DNA of 64,000 bases from Botryllus schlosseri (GCA_051294905.1 CM119372.1:3040001-3104000), one strand, 5' to 3'; counted from the first letter of the stretch, positions 11,083 through 22,681 are shown. A program made the numbers and translations. Notes: generated by a model from the sequence alone, not told the origin.

Positions 11083-13107
11083 TTATAATATCGATTTATA
11101 TTTGCACGCAAACATCACCCAACTGGCTACCGCGTCTTCGGGAAACACAAAAACCTGAACCCTCACAGCCAGTCGAACATTATCCCCTCTGCAACCCAAT
11201 ATCTCTGCGCACACCCTGTTCTTCAAGCAGCTGGCAAACGCCCTCCTGGCGTTTCGGTGCAAGAATTGAATCGGAAATCCTTTGAAGGTGTGTCCCTCCG
11301 GAACAGCTCTACGAATAGCTTCCTGAAACTCTTCGTTGCCGGAAGCTGGCGGTTCCCCGCCGCTCGTGCGTTCACTCTCATATGCTGCCAGTGCCGGTGA
11401 CAAGACATAACATAAATGATCATCCCAGCACGTTGATAACTCCAAGTCTAACCGGTGTTCGACAAGTAAACCTCTCAACTCTGATTCCATTTGACTGCTA
11501 GCTAACGCCGGGTCAAGAGTAGGTGTTAGCAATGGCGCAATTGGTGGAAAACCAGGCGCATTAGCGCCAAACACTGATTTAATGGCTTCGTAGCTCATAG
11601 GCTTCCATTGCGATGAGTCGGATATGTTGAAAGTACAAGTTTCGACGATATCAGTGGGTTGAGAGTTCGCAAAAAAGTTTTCATGACTATACATACATCC
11701 TATGCTTTTAAACGGATGATTATTCACGGGTTGCTTTATCGCTGGTGGATCATCAGCTGATACCATACGGTGCATATACCGATGGCCTGTTACTGAATCC
11801 CAAAATATGACAGTGGCACCTTCGCCGTATCTTGTGGCGACCCAAGTGTATGGTACACCTTTGCCTTTCATACCAACGCAGACGTAAGCATCAAGTCCAA
11901 ATCCCAACAGCAGACTGCACAGCAAATTAGAGTGATCCTCATGATCGCCTTTACGTAGTGCAAAAAAGGCGTGTGATGTGAGCCACTGTTCAGTGCCACT
12001 AGCGGAACCAACGCTAGGAGCACGCTCGTACCCTAAAGTACTAACGAATCGAGCTGCTTGGCGTGGAGTGTGCAATAACCTGCCCGCACGTAGCGGTTTC
12101 ACGAAAGTACACACAGGCCGGTTTCGACCAGTTTCGTCTTGCGCAAAAATCTTCACAGATCTACAATTGTGCTCTTCGCGTATTTGTAGATATTCTTTCC
12201 ACCATTGCTTCGCGTAAACTAAAAATAATCTTTCCCGTTCAGCGACACGCCTACGTTCCAATTGACATTGCGCATCGACTACTTCACGTGTTAAGTTAAC
12301 TCGGTTTTGCCGTGGCACAATTTCAACTTTTGCTTCCAATATGCCGGCCGGGATTTTAGACTCGGAACCTACACCCATCAATTCGATCGATAACTTGATA
12401 GAACCTTGCGCATCACACAAAACTTTCCGCCATTCCAAGTAATGAGTGCCGACTAAAGTTAAAGTTCCATCAGGGTCGGTACGTGTTAGTATTAAATGTA
12501 TTTGGTCGCCAAGTGATAACATAGTCTCAGTATCAGCCATACGTGCTTCACCTCCTACCGCATTAGAATGCAGTTCTAACAGAAATCCTTCAGATAAGTC
12601 AGGCTCACACGCGACAGGTACAGGCCTAGAACGGAACCTCTGACCGCGAAATAAGATATGAAGTGTGAACATAGCGTGCGGCTTTGTGGTATCGCTGACA
12701 TTCCCCGGATATTCAGGCGTGTTGAGATGATCGATGAACGCTTTTCCTCCGAGAACATGGAAAAATATGTAGCGACGCGTTGGGTCTACGGCTACTTTAT
12801 TTTTCAAGTCGGCTTGCACCAATTCTTCCTCGATATTTTTGTGAGTCGCGGGCTTCGTATGTGCTGATACAATCGGTGTTTCGTACCTCAATCTTTGTAG
12901 AATTTCTTCGACCACCCCACGGCGTTTCAAGTCTTCTAATATATCGCCTTCTGATATCTCCTGGTGGTCTTTCTCGGGGGATAGGTGTTGACGTAAGCTT
13001 CCGGCTAACGCATCTTTAATTTGCGTGGACACGTTTGCTTTGACAAGTTGATTGTGTATGATTTGTTTCAGTTCCGCGAGCTTTTCGGGAGGAAGGGCAG
13101 ACGCCAT
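11083..13107 (-). CDS. CEP76: Centrosomal protein CEP76, intronless, 674 aa
   Basis: Single ORF. The N-terminus MASALPPEKLAELKQIIHNQL matches the CEP76 start. It has a C2-like region (FRGQRFRSRPVPVACEP), ERERLFLVYAKQWWKEYLQIR, the transglutaminase-like GDHEDHSNLLCSLLLGFGLDAYVCVG and the C-terminus WVMFACKYKSIL. The ATG at 13107 is preferred over the track's TTG start at 13167. Confidence 0.95.
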   Translation of the reverse strand: MASALPPEKLAELKQIIHNQLVKANVSTQIKDALAGSLRQHLSPEKDHQEISEGDILEDLKRRGVVEEILQRLRYETPIVSAHTKPATHKNIEEELVQADLKNKVAVDPTRRYIFFHVLGGKAFIDHLNTPEYPGNVSDTTKPHAMFTLHILFRGQRFRSRPVPVACEPDLSEGFLLELHSNAVGGEARMADTETMLSLGDQIHLILTRTDPDGTLTLVGTHYLEWRKVLCDAQGSIKLSIELMGVGSESKIPAGILEAKVEIVPRQNRVNLTREVVDAQCQLERRRVAERERLFLVYAKQWWKEYLQIREEHNCRSVKIFAQDETGRNRPVCTFVKPLRAGRLLHTPRQAARFVSTLGYERAPSVGSASGTEQWLTSHAFFALRKGDHEDHSNLLCSLLLGFGLDAYVCVGMKGKGVPYTWVATRYGEGATVIFWDSVTGHRYMHRMVSADDPPAIKQPVNNHPFKSIGCMYSHENFFANSQPTDIVETCTFNISDSSQWKPMSYEAIKSVFGANAPGFPPIAPLLTPTLDPALASSQMESELRGLLVEHRLDLELSTCWDDHLCYVLSPALAAYESERTSGGEPPASGNEEFQEAIRRAVPEGHTFKGFPIQFLHRNARRAFASCLKNRVCAEILGCRGDNVRLAVRVQVFVFPEDAVASWVMFACKYKSIL

Positions 13108-13352
13108 GCCGTGTTTACTGCGGTCTGTATCGGAACTTAACAATTGCTTGCTAAATAAAATATACAAATTGTAATTTTAGTCACTATGAACAGAGAACAA
13201 AAATATCACAGCATTGAAATATCAGGAAGACAAAACAGACTCCATGCCGTGTTTATTAACATGTGTATCAAAACGTATTAATTGCTTGCGAAATAAAATA
13301 TACAAATTGTAATTTTTTCTAAAATCAACAAAAACTGTTACGGCATTGAAAT
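13085..13352 (-). repeat. Diverged ~138-bp tandem duplication of the CEP76 start/5'-leader region
   Basis: CCATGCCGTGTTTA...ATTGCTTGC(T/G)AAATAAAATATACAAATTGTAATTTT...GCATTGAAATA occurs at ~13104-13221 and ~13242-13352. Confidence 0.85.
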
Positions 13353-13390
13353 AGGCCATCTCTAAGGAAAACAAAATAAATTAGCAATAT

Positions 13391-13626
13391 CGTCACTGCG
13401 GAATCAAAGTAGCTTATGTCCATTTTACACATTTCGAGAAAATTAAATTCATGTAAAGTTTTTATTTTCTTTCGGTCAAATTTTGGCCATAATTAAGTTT
13501 GAAACTATGCAATAAACATAAACATGGCCGAGATATAGCCTAAAAATATAAAAATTTTACAAAAACCTGATTTTATATATAGCCTATTTGAAAATGGACA
13601 TAAGCTGCGTTGATTCCATCGCGACG
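13391..13626. mobile_element. MITE with ~35-bp TIRs flanked by ATAT
   Basis: ATAT|CGTCACTGCGGAATCAAAGTAGCTTATGTCCATTTT ... AAAATGGACATAAGCTGCGTTGATTCCATCGCGACG|ATAT. Confidence 0.75.
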
Positions 13627-14094
13627 ATATACATAATGTGCATTAGATATTAACAAGACTAGCTCAGAAAGATTGTTCAAACAGGTCGTAATATATGAAT
13701 TCCGGATGAAGCACTTGAATGCATTTGAAAACTAATACAATGTCATTGATTTGGTTGAATGTAGGCTATAGGCCTGATATATATATATTGTATAGCTGTA
13801 TACCATACATTGTATAGCAATCAGGAGTTTACAAAACCAAATTTAGTTACTAACATACTTTGACTCGCTATTTCGCTGACAAATATCATCAAGAAATTTT
13901 CAAAATATTCTGGGAAAGGGACATTTTCAGTATCTTGAAACATTTTTTTAGGCCAAGGGCGGAGATCATGAAGGTAGCTTATCCAGAAAAATTCTAATCG
14001 CCCGATTGAAACCGCTAATCATGGCGCATGAAGGTTGATAACATCTAGCGCGAGGATTATCCGGAGTCATCTGGTACGGTCAGTAGGTTGCCAC

Positions 14095-14279
14095 CAATGT
14101 TCCCTCTAAGCTGCGCAGTGCGCACGTGCCCAAATGCGCAGTGCAGACACGGTCTCTGCGCACAGAAAATCTAAGTTGCGCACAAAAAATCCGAAGTGAT
14201 GACCTTTTTTTGGTCGTTACGCACTGTTGTCCAAGTTGGTGAGTGTGCGCAGACTCATCAAAAATTATAGGGAACATTG
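14095..14279. mobile_element. hAT-type MITE, CAATGTTCCC family
   Basis: TIR CAATGTTCCCT/AGGGAACATTG and perfect 8-bp TSD GTTGCCAC. Confidence 0.9.
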
Positions 14280-14473
14280 GTTGCCACAATTAACAGTTTT
14301 TAATTATACTCCTGACAAGCCAACTTTACGATCTCCGCTCTAAGTGGTCTATTAAAGAGTAGAGAAAGATCTCTTTTCATTGTCCCACTTGAGCTGGCAT
14401 GATATTTATACTAGGACTTGGGAATAAAATCAAAACTGTTTGCATGAAAGTAAAAATAGAAATACACACGTCC

Positions 14474-15628
14474 TCACTCCCATACCATGTCATTTCGCAA
14501 TGGATCAAAAGCCACTATAAGCCACCCGAGTGCCGCAAAAACTGCTCTAAGAACATTAAGAATAAGCCAAGTGTTAACAGACGATGCAGGATCCAATAAA
14601 GACCCAGTCAATTCCGCAGGTAACGTGGATGTCGCAAGTGTAGTAGTTGATGTTGAAACGGTATCACTAGTGATACCAACACCAGAACTAATCCAGGCGT
14701 CTAAGCCCGAAAGTCCGACACTAAAACAAAACGTTACGAAATACACAAACACAGACACGGCAGCAAGGTCAAACTTGATCAAGCTGTTAAAGAAATGTTT
14801 ATCTTTGTTAGCAAAATCATACCTATCCATGGACGATACAAAAAGTGCCGAGAGAATGATATAGTAAATAGTTTGTGCCGGTAACGCGAGAGTTTGATAT
14901 TGAATCAAGAAATTTTGTGTTCTATTCGGCTGATACAAGGAGTAACAAAATATTACATGCCAAATAGCCAATCCCGCCAATGCACCGTGTAATGTAAGCG
15001 TGATGTACATGAAGATCTTTTCGTTTTGCTGCGCAATATCGAACGGTTTCAGTCTATCTTCGCCATATGTCAATCCAGCATCGTGTTCTGCGGCTTCTGT
15101 TCTTTTGTCGATCCATTCTCTATTACGTGCCACGAATCCGTTAGTTGTTTGGATATAAACTCTATCATTTGGCGCACTACCACCAATTCCTGTAGCAATC
15201 CCCGGTAGTGTTGATAAAGATACATGGCCATCCGCTCGTTCTACAATTACCAAATCTTCTTCATTTTCGAGCTCAGACACTAAAGTTCGATGCAGATTGG
15301 CTGATTCTTGTTTTTGCGTGTTAGCTTTCGGTCGCCTGCGTCTATTTTCTCTTGATTGAGACTCAGCGACTGGGACATCATCTCTGGAACGGGAAGGTTT
15401 TGCCTGTGTTTGAGAACTACTCACGTCTATATCTCTTCTCGTAGTGTCTTCGTTTTCCGGTTTTTGTTTCTTACGCCGTTGAGTACGGCGTGGAACAGAC
15501 TCATCTACTGTGTCACCAGTGGCGTTGTTGGTGGATTTTATCGAGGGTAAGGCTCTAGTGGGGCGCGCTTGTGGAGCATTATTCAGCGTCGGCAACGCCC
15601 TAGGGGGCTTAGGATTAGCGTCTGACAT
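14474..15628 (-). CDS. TMEM237: Transmembrane protein 237 (ciliary transition zone), single long coding exon
   Basis: Charged, low-complexity N-terminus followed by HGALAGLAIWHVIFCY...QYQTLALPAQTIYYIILSALFVSSMDRYDF and WLILNVLRAVFAALGWLIVAF, the 4-TM TMEM237 pattern. The extreme C-terminus may be spliced. Confidence 0.88.
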   Translation of the reverse strand: MSDANPKPPRALPTLNNAPQARPTRALPSIKSTNNATGDTVDESVPRRTQRRKKQKPENEDTTRRDIDVSSSQTQAKPSRSRDDVPVAESQSRENRRRRPKANTQKQESANLHRTLVSELENEEDLVIVERADGHVSLSTLPGIATGIGGSAPNDRVYIQTTNGFVARNREWIDKRTEAAEHDAGLTYGEDRLKPFDIAQQNEKIFMYITLTLHGALAGLAIWHVIFCYSLYQPNRTQNFLIQYQTLALPAQTIYYIILSALFVSSMDRYDFANKDKHFFNSLIKFDLAAVSVFVYFVTFCFSVGLSGLDAWISSGVGITSDTVSTSTTTLATSTLPAELTGSLLDPASSVNTWLILNVLRAVFAALGWLIVAFDPLRNDMVWE

Positions 15629-15932
15629 CCTTGGATGATCTCTTCCAGTCTCTATTTCTAATAATAACTACCAAAAGTCAATAGCTAAACCGTATCTAGG
15701 CACCGTAAGCTACCAAGTCATCGAATGTTTTCTTCGTGACTTCAATTTTCCGTTGGTATTTTCGATGTTTTCGTTATAACGAAAGATTTACCTCGTTACT
15801 GCGTTGCTCGGTTATGTAGTTACGGAAGTATCATCATCATAATTTTATGAAATTAATTAACCCCATCACAGCAATATACAACGTAGATACGTTGTAAATT
15901 GCTATGACCACATCATTGCCAGGTAACAGTCA

Positions 15933-16158
15933 CCGCCTTTGGTGTCGTCCTTACCTGAGCAGACACACGTTTCGGCAACCCCAAGACGGAAGATAATTTC
16001 AATAGCTAATCGGTCGACGTGTTCCTTGCCGACTTGAAACGATTAGCAAAGTTGGCGGGTATCGGTCAAAACGACGACGAACGGCTGTTGAAATTATCTT
16101 TCGTCTTTGGGGTTGGCGAAACGTGCGTCTGCTCAGGTAAGGACGACACCAAAGGCGG
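15933..16158. repeat. Fold-back inverted repeat (~75-bp arms) made of a gag-like fragment
   Basis: CCGCCTTTGGTGTCGTCCTTACCTGAGCAGAC...TTTCAATAGC / GCTGTTGAAA...GTCTGCTCAGGTAAGGACGACACCAAAGGCGG. The + strand translates SVDVFLADLKRLAKLAGIGQNDDERLLKLSF. Confidence 0.8.
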
Positions 16159-16254
16159 AGCAGTTGAAATTGACTGAGGTGCTATCGATAGCACGTGCCC
16201 TCGTTACCGATCTGGGTTGGATGGTGCCGAGATGAGCGCTGCTTCCAGTTCATA

Positions 16255-16335
16255 AGATGGAGAGAAAAGATGAGAGGTGGAGAGAGATGGAGAGAAGAGA
16301 TGAGAAGTGGAGAGAGATGGAGAGAAGAGAAGTTA
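16255..16335. repeat. GA-rich ~30-bp tandem repeat
   Basis: AGATGGAGAGAA(A/G)AGATGAGA(G/A)GTGGAGAG repeated about 2.5 times. Confidence 0.8.
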
Positions 16336-16699
16336 GACGATGATGAATGGTGGTGAAGAGTGATATACATCACGGGTGAATGTGTCTTGGTCTAGATTTT
16401 GTGTACTGACTGTTATCTCGGACGCTGGTCATAGCGCGTGCGACTGATTGATTGCTCGTTAATTAGTTCGAATTTTGTTTGTCTGATGTTCGTGAATATT
16501 GGTACACAGAGCTGGTGTGACCCGTGGATATAGAGAGGTCGTTTTATAGTTGTCGCGATGCCGTTATGGCATTTTCCGTTTTCATCTTTTAAGTATACTT
16601 CGCACAATAACGAAACGATGAAAGGGTGTCGAAACGACTTCTTTTAATCAGACCTCGGCCTCTAGAGCATATAAATTAGAGGCATTCACACTGGATAAG

Positions 16700-18345
16700 A
16701 ATACGACACAATGAAAGATGGGAAGGTGTAGAAGCGACTTGGAGTAGTCTATGAAATCGGACACCCCACCTTGGCCTAGGCGATGAAAAGAGGAGGCATG
16801 CACGCACATGAATGAAAAGTAAAGAAGATAGTATAGAAAAAAGCAAGCGACAAAAATGGGATGGCATGTCATGGAAGGCGAGATCGATAGGTGGGTCGTG
16901 GTCCGGTAATCTTGAGGATGGACTAGTAGTATTCATTTAGTAGTAATTGCTTGTATTTCGACTTGAATGTGGACATGCTCGTCGACTGTCGGATAGCCGG
17001 CGAGATACTGTTCCACACATCAGGTCCGGCATATTTGATGGAGCGATGATCTTTTCGGTCGATCATATGATATTTGGACGACGTGGACGCACGTGTGTTG
17101 CCCTTGTGCGCTTTTGATTCCGAGGTAAAAATGTCATTGAAATATTCGGAGCAACGACCGCAGTGGAACTGATACATAAACTTGGCGATTTCTAGTTCCC
17201 GCTATCTTCTATGTTTAGGACACCGAATCTATTCAGCAGCGACTTGTTGGATGGACTACCAGGCCCCTGTGGGGCTCTAGCTATGATACGGAGTACGTTA
17301 TATTGTAACTTTTGCAGTGGTTCGAGTGCAGTTTTACTGGCACCCCAGAGGATGCCGTATTGTAACTTCAAGTGGATTTAAAGAGTATCGGAAGAACCCA
17401 GGCAAACATGAAGCATATAAGGCCACACTTCGGTGATAATTTACTGTCGAGCGACTGAATATGATTCTTCCGGGACATGTCCGAGTCCAGTAAAACCCCG
17501 AGGTATTTGGCATTTTTCGTATTGGAAACGGGCTGACCAGCAATGTTGACGGTTAGGTTTTTTTTAATTAATTGTCACCAATTGGGAGGTCGAGGCGTTC
17601 ATGCAAATGTTGTTTTGGTAGTCCACTCATGCACTTCGGGCATTTGGTCACTAGTCAGGGCATCCAACTTTGCCGTCGAAGATGCGGAAGAGAGGAGGTG
17701 AGTATCATCAGCGAACCGTGTGGTGCTCAATGAGGTTTAAAAAAATGTCGTTGACATATAAAGTGAAAAGGACCGGTCCAAGTAGCCTACTGAGCCCTAG
17801 GGTACGCCACAGGTCACCAGATGAGGAGAGGACAAGGTGTTTGAGATTGCAACCAATTGTTGGCGTCCAGTGAGGTAACGTTTCATGAGCTCAAGCTCTG
17901 CGCCCCGAAACCCGTAACGCGTCAATTTCGAGATGAAAATGTTATGATCAATGTTCCCTCTAATTATTCACGAGTTTGCGCGTACTCACCAACTCACTGC
18001 GCGGTCCCCTGGACAACAGTGCGCACCGACTAAAAAAAGGTCATCACTTCGTTTTTGTGCGCAGCTTAGATTTTCTGTGCGTAGAGACCGTGTCAGCACT
18101 GCGCAATTGCGCACGTGCGCAGCTTAAAGGGAACATTGGTTATGATCTACCTAAGCAGTCAAACGTTTTTTTGAGATACCATACCATACCATAATACTGT
18201 TCAGCCACTGTTAAGAGGACATGTGAGGTTTGGTGTTTGTTTCGGAAGCCAAATTGTTGATGGGAAATGACAGACATTTTTGCGAGGAGTGAGGATAGAC
18301 GGGAAAGGAGCAATTTTTCGAATACAGTCCCAATGCATAGGAGTA
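16700..18345 (-). mobile_element. Decayed non-LTR retrotransposon (CR1/L2-like) ORF2 RT and 3' UTR
   Basis: Minus-strand frames give QQFGFRNKHQT, LKKTFD, GVP*GS/LGPVLFTLYVND, FADDT, KYLGVLLD and SIKYAGPDVWNSISPAIRQSTSMSTFKSKYK, with frameshifts. Interrupted by a MITE at 17949-18138. Confidence 0.85.
17949..18138. mobile_element. hAT-type MITE (CAATGTTCCC family) inserted in the LINE RT
   Basis: TIR CAATGTTCCCT/AGGGAACATTG and perfect TSD GTTATGAT. Confidence 0.9.
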
Positions 18346-19257
18346 CGGACAACATGAAGGGAATAGCGATGAAAATCAATGTTCGTGCATTCATTCATTC
18401 AACATTATTTTCATGAGTTCATCACAATGATAGTGATGCAATTGCTTTTTAATTTCTTTAATAAAGTAACGCGTCCTCCGAAATTTAAAAATCTCGCTTC
18501 ACTTGGATAGTCGCTAAGTTAACCCATAATGACTACTGGATGCATGTGGTTGGTGACTTTTTCATAACTGCTCCAGATGTTCACTCTCACAATACAAGAT
18601 CATCGTTAAAGAAAATTATATACTGTACTTTCCCCTACCAAGCGTTGCCATATTTTGAGGTCCGAAAAGGAGAACACTTTTCAAAAATTTTGAAACCTGT
18701 AGTACCGGAAAAGAAAACTAGTGATTTTGAAGATTTTTCGACCATCTTACTAGGGCGATTTTTTGACATGTCAAAAAAAAGTCAACATTTTGACAAAATT
18801 GTGGCGTTAGGTCACAAAATAGTCAAAATTGTTTACAAAGTCAAAAAATGTTTGCAACTTGCATTTGTATCGTATGTTTGCACTGGCGGTGGACTTATCA
18901 TTTGACATTTTGCAGCTTGCATCCTACTTTATAGGCCTACCCTTGTGGACGGTCCATTGCCTGCTCATTGTGAATCATAAAGGGTCAAATGAAACAAATA
19001 GGTTGACATGTGGAAAAGTGGATTTAACAAGACTTTTACTGGAAACTAAGCAGTCAACACAATGAATTGGACTCGGACTCGAGTCATATTACCATGACTC
19101 GGATTCGGCCCTCTGCTCGCTGACTTGGACTCGAACTTGACTCGGTGGTGAACTGAAAATGACTCGACTTGACTCGAGTCAAAACTATAAAAGCGAGATT
19201 GACTTGTGATTCGGAGCCATGTGACTTGGTTACACTTACAACCCTGGGGAATATAGC

Positions 19258-19642
19258 TAGGGTTGCATTTAAAACAAACGGTGTTCTAAGTTGTGTTTTT
19301 TTAAGTTGTAAAATTGGGCCATAATTGTGTAACCACTTCTCAAAAAACATGTTGTATGAGCATACGGACACTTACCACCGGATTTTGCCGACGTATACCG
19401 ATATGGGATGGTTGAAACCCTCAAAATAGTCGGTTCAACAGTTATAGTACAGATATTTCGTCCAAGGAGCTATATTTACCCTATATTTTCAATTGTCCAT
19501 GTCAAATCATTATGACGTCACAATCGAATATTCGTGACGTCATGGATTGATTAAAAAAAAACAATAAAAAACATGTTTTAAATAAGGGCCTTGTTTTAAA
19601 CATGTTTGTTTTAAATTGATTTTTGTTTTAAATGCTACCCTA
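19258..19642. mobile_element. hAT-type MITE
   Basis: TIR TAGGGTTGCATTTAAAACAAA / TTTGTTTTAAATGCTACCCTA and TSD (A/G)ATATAGC. Confidence 0.75.
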
Positions 19643-21296
19643 GATATAGCTAGAATTAGAAATTGGCAATTTCACTCATTTTATTTCAAACCATCTAGAT
19701 CTCCCTACTTCCCACCTATCTCGAAATGTTGGGGAGTGACCAATTGCATGGTGGGTAAAATCCGATTGAGAGATCGATTTATTAGTTGGCGCAGTTTCTG
19801 TGTGAACTTTTTATGTTATTGTTTCATCGGAGATCTATATGCAACGATTATACACACAGCAGTAGCTCAGACGTTATAGAGCACTGGCCTCGCATGCAGT
19901 CTGCCGAACCAGTTTGCAAGTCAATGTTTTAGTATTGAAGCATTTTGGGGCCAAATAGAAACTAGTTTAACATTTTCAATTCTACATTCGCCACTTAGAT
20001 TAATCCCATTTCTATTCCACAGTTACTATTGAAATCCAGAATGATGCATCGCAAAATACGACATGGGCTACGTCACGCACTGGCGTAGTGCAAGAGAAAA
20101 TATGCTGAACCTGACTAATCGCTTAAATTTTTGGTCTTGATAGCGTTCACAACTGATTTAACGTCAATGTACTAACTATTAGTAATTTCATACGCTACAC
20201 GAGATTTCGGAGCGCCGCTCCATCAGGTGTGAAAGCGAAAGTTATTTCGTCCCATTCAGAGTTTTGCAGTGTTGCAACATGTATAAAGCTCTTATTCTAA
20301 AGTGTGAAAGCGCGTAAGAGTAGTAAGGAAACAATATTTCGTAGTGTGTAATGATTCCCTCCATGCAACGAGATAGCTGAAATCGGAGATTACCGAGAAC
20401 GAGATCTCCTCACGCCGCTGCACATGCTGTTAGGCTGCAACTAAACGAAATAATCGCCCTATGACCACTTACCAGCTTGGTTTCAGAACGTTGTATCGGG
20501 ATGATTATGTTCGTTAACAATGTACCAATGCCTGAGCAATGAGGAGTTTGGCTTAGAGTTGCCTTGGCATACGTAAGAAGTATGTCATAGTGTACAGGAG
20601 TGTAGATTCTGTAGTAGGATACATTTACATTTACGTGTACATGGTCATTGGTCATGGTTTCTGGTAGCATGTCTGCGTAGACGTATTCATCTCACACAGC
20701 TGCGATATTGACGACGCCATAATCGCTCGGTAAGGAACCATGATATGTGCAATACAATGATATGGCACATTAATTCTCTCCCGTACATTGTCACGGAAGC
20801 ATGAATGTGACACACTCGAAAACGACAGGAATGCAGAAAAATAATATAACCCCCTGTAGTACAGACCGTGACTGCAATGGTCGAAAAGTCGTTCACGTGA
20901 CATAGGAATTTGGGAAATGCTGTTTAGTATTCGCGGACGTGAATGCGTTAAAGTATAAGCAAAGTCTAAATGTTTTCGGATACAGATAATCTTTTTTCAT
21001 GGGGTTTAGCTGAGCAACATAAGCGCTCAAGATTTGAGAGTGAATCAGCCCTAGTGATAACCGGTCGACTGAACGTCGATGTAGCGTACACTTCAAGAGT
21101 ATGTCTACGCAGATTTTGTGAAATATAGAGTTGTCTGGATATTGTGAACACTGAGTTTGTCACAAGCATCGCATATTGGTATGCATCTGGAATAGGATAT
21201 ATATTGAAGTATGCCAGGAAGTATTCGAGTAGAAAATGGCTTCTTACACCACTAACACAAGTGCAAATGATTTTATACTACTTCTATACTTAACGG

Positions 21297-22681
21297 CAGT
21301 GTTGCGATCAAGTCACTACCTTCGAGTCACGAGTCATCTCGAGTCATTGCAGATTTTGACTCGAGTCAAGTCAAGTCACTCGATTTTCAAAGGTGACTCG
21401 AGTCAAGTCAAGTCACCCGATTTTTGGAGATGACTCGAGTCAAGTCGAGTCAAGTCAAGTCAAGTCACGAGTCAAGTCATTATTCGAGTCAAGTTGAATT
21501 TTCAAAGTACAAGACATGATTCAAAGTCATTGCATCATGCTAACTGTTTTATATACAGATGGAGTCCCCATTTAATCTGAATTGAAGAACGAATCAAGAG
21601 TTGATTGTACAATGTACACTGTACACGCAAGGAGGCGCTTATCGCTCATGCATACGTAGAACTGTCAAACTACGCAAGTATAGCAGTATAGCCTCATTCT
21701 ATAACATGGGTGGGAAACTGCGACTCGCGAGCCGCATGCTACTCTTTGAGCCTTTGATTGCGGCTGTTCAACGAGTGTGCAATGTGCATTCGGTGATAAT
21801 GAACGTAAGCCACTGTGCCTTTTCCGTCAATATTCGCCCAATAATCACATAACTAGAATTGAAACGGCATTACGAAACCAAACACCAAAACCCTAATTGC
21901 CACGAGTTACCCAATAAAGACATATTTACGAAGTATTATGATTACCGAGCTCCGGACTGTTAGACGTCTTATCAGCCCGATTTCAAACACCTTCCGCCAA
22001 GGCGGAGACGCATCGTATTATACCACTCAATAATATACTTCATTCGATACCCTACATTTCCTTGTGACGGAATAAATTTAGTATATATCAATTTTTGGGT
22101 TGTGACTCTTTCAAGGCAACGATTTTTGATATGCGACTCGCACGTGAAGCCGCTCTGCCCACCGCTGATCTATAATTATCGGCCGAAATATAGGATAACA
22201 TATGAAACATCAGAAAGTTCAAAAAATGATATGGAGCAATAGTACCCTACCCACATATATATTTATGGCATACCATTACAAACGTATGGACGATATCCGT
22301 TCGATTTAAAGCACACAAGAGGGTTGGTTGAGGTGAGCAAGTTTACGACAACGTAAGCTATAAGCTCCGATCACTGCGTTAACGATCAATTCATTAGTGA
22401 TGTAACAATGGAGGCTCGGTAAAAGGCACAATCATTGATTGATCGGATAAAAATCCAAACTTATACAAGATACGGCGATTTAGTCGACATCGATTACTTG
22501 ATGACTTGAAATTGACTCGTAAATTTTGCTTCGAGTCACGAGTCAATCTGCATTTCTGAAGCGTCGAGTCAAGTCAAGTCAAGTCATTTTTGCAAAGTGA
22601 CTCGAGTCAAGTCAAGTCATGCGAAAAAGGTGACTCGAGTCTGACTCGAGTCAAGTCATGACTCGAGTCATCCCAACACTG
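21297..22681. mobile_element. hAT-type non-autonomous element with GAGTCAAGTC subterminal arrays and a nested Charlie-like element (21705-22167)
   Basis: TIR CAGTGTTG and perfect TSD CTTAACGG. The nested element carries ELKRHYETKH (Charlie/Buster N-terminal motif) and a near-TSD (T/A)TCTATAA. Confidence 0.85.

Noticed and set aside
13108..13167. 20-aa N-terminal extension of CEP76 from the ORF track's TTG start
   Set aside because: Homology begins at MASALPPEK (ATG 13107). The extension spans an AT-rich acceptor-like tract, and TTG starts are not expected in an animal gene.
14290..14490. Possible extra terminal exon of TMEM237 (donor-like GTATGG/GTGAGG near the stop, acceptor-like TCTTTAATAG near 14349)
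   Set aside because: Plausible, but neither phase gives a recognisable conserved peptide; it cannot be decided without transcripts.
10932..15550. Short plus-strand ORFs overlapping CEP76 and TMEM237
   Set aside because: Antisense shadows of real coding sequence, with no independent motifs.
20200..20620. Minus-strand IVNEHNHP suggestive of a FLYWCH/MULE fragment
   Set aside because: A single short motif amid stops, with no TIR or TSD found.
21350..21500. GAGTCAAGTC arrays (also the AATTAG and CTAGTT arrays) as CRISPR-like repeats
   Set aside because: No unique spacers, no cas genes and a eukaryotic context. Where boundaries are visible they are subterminal repeats of TIR elements with 8-bp TSDs.
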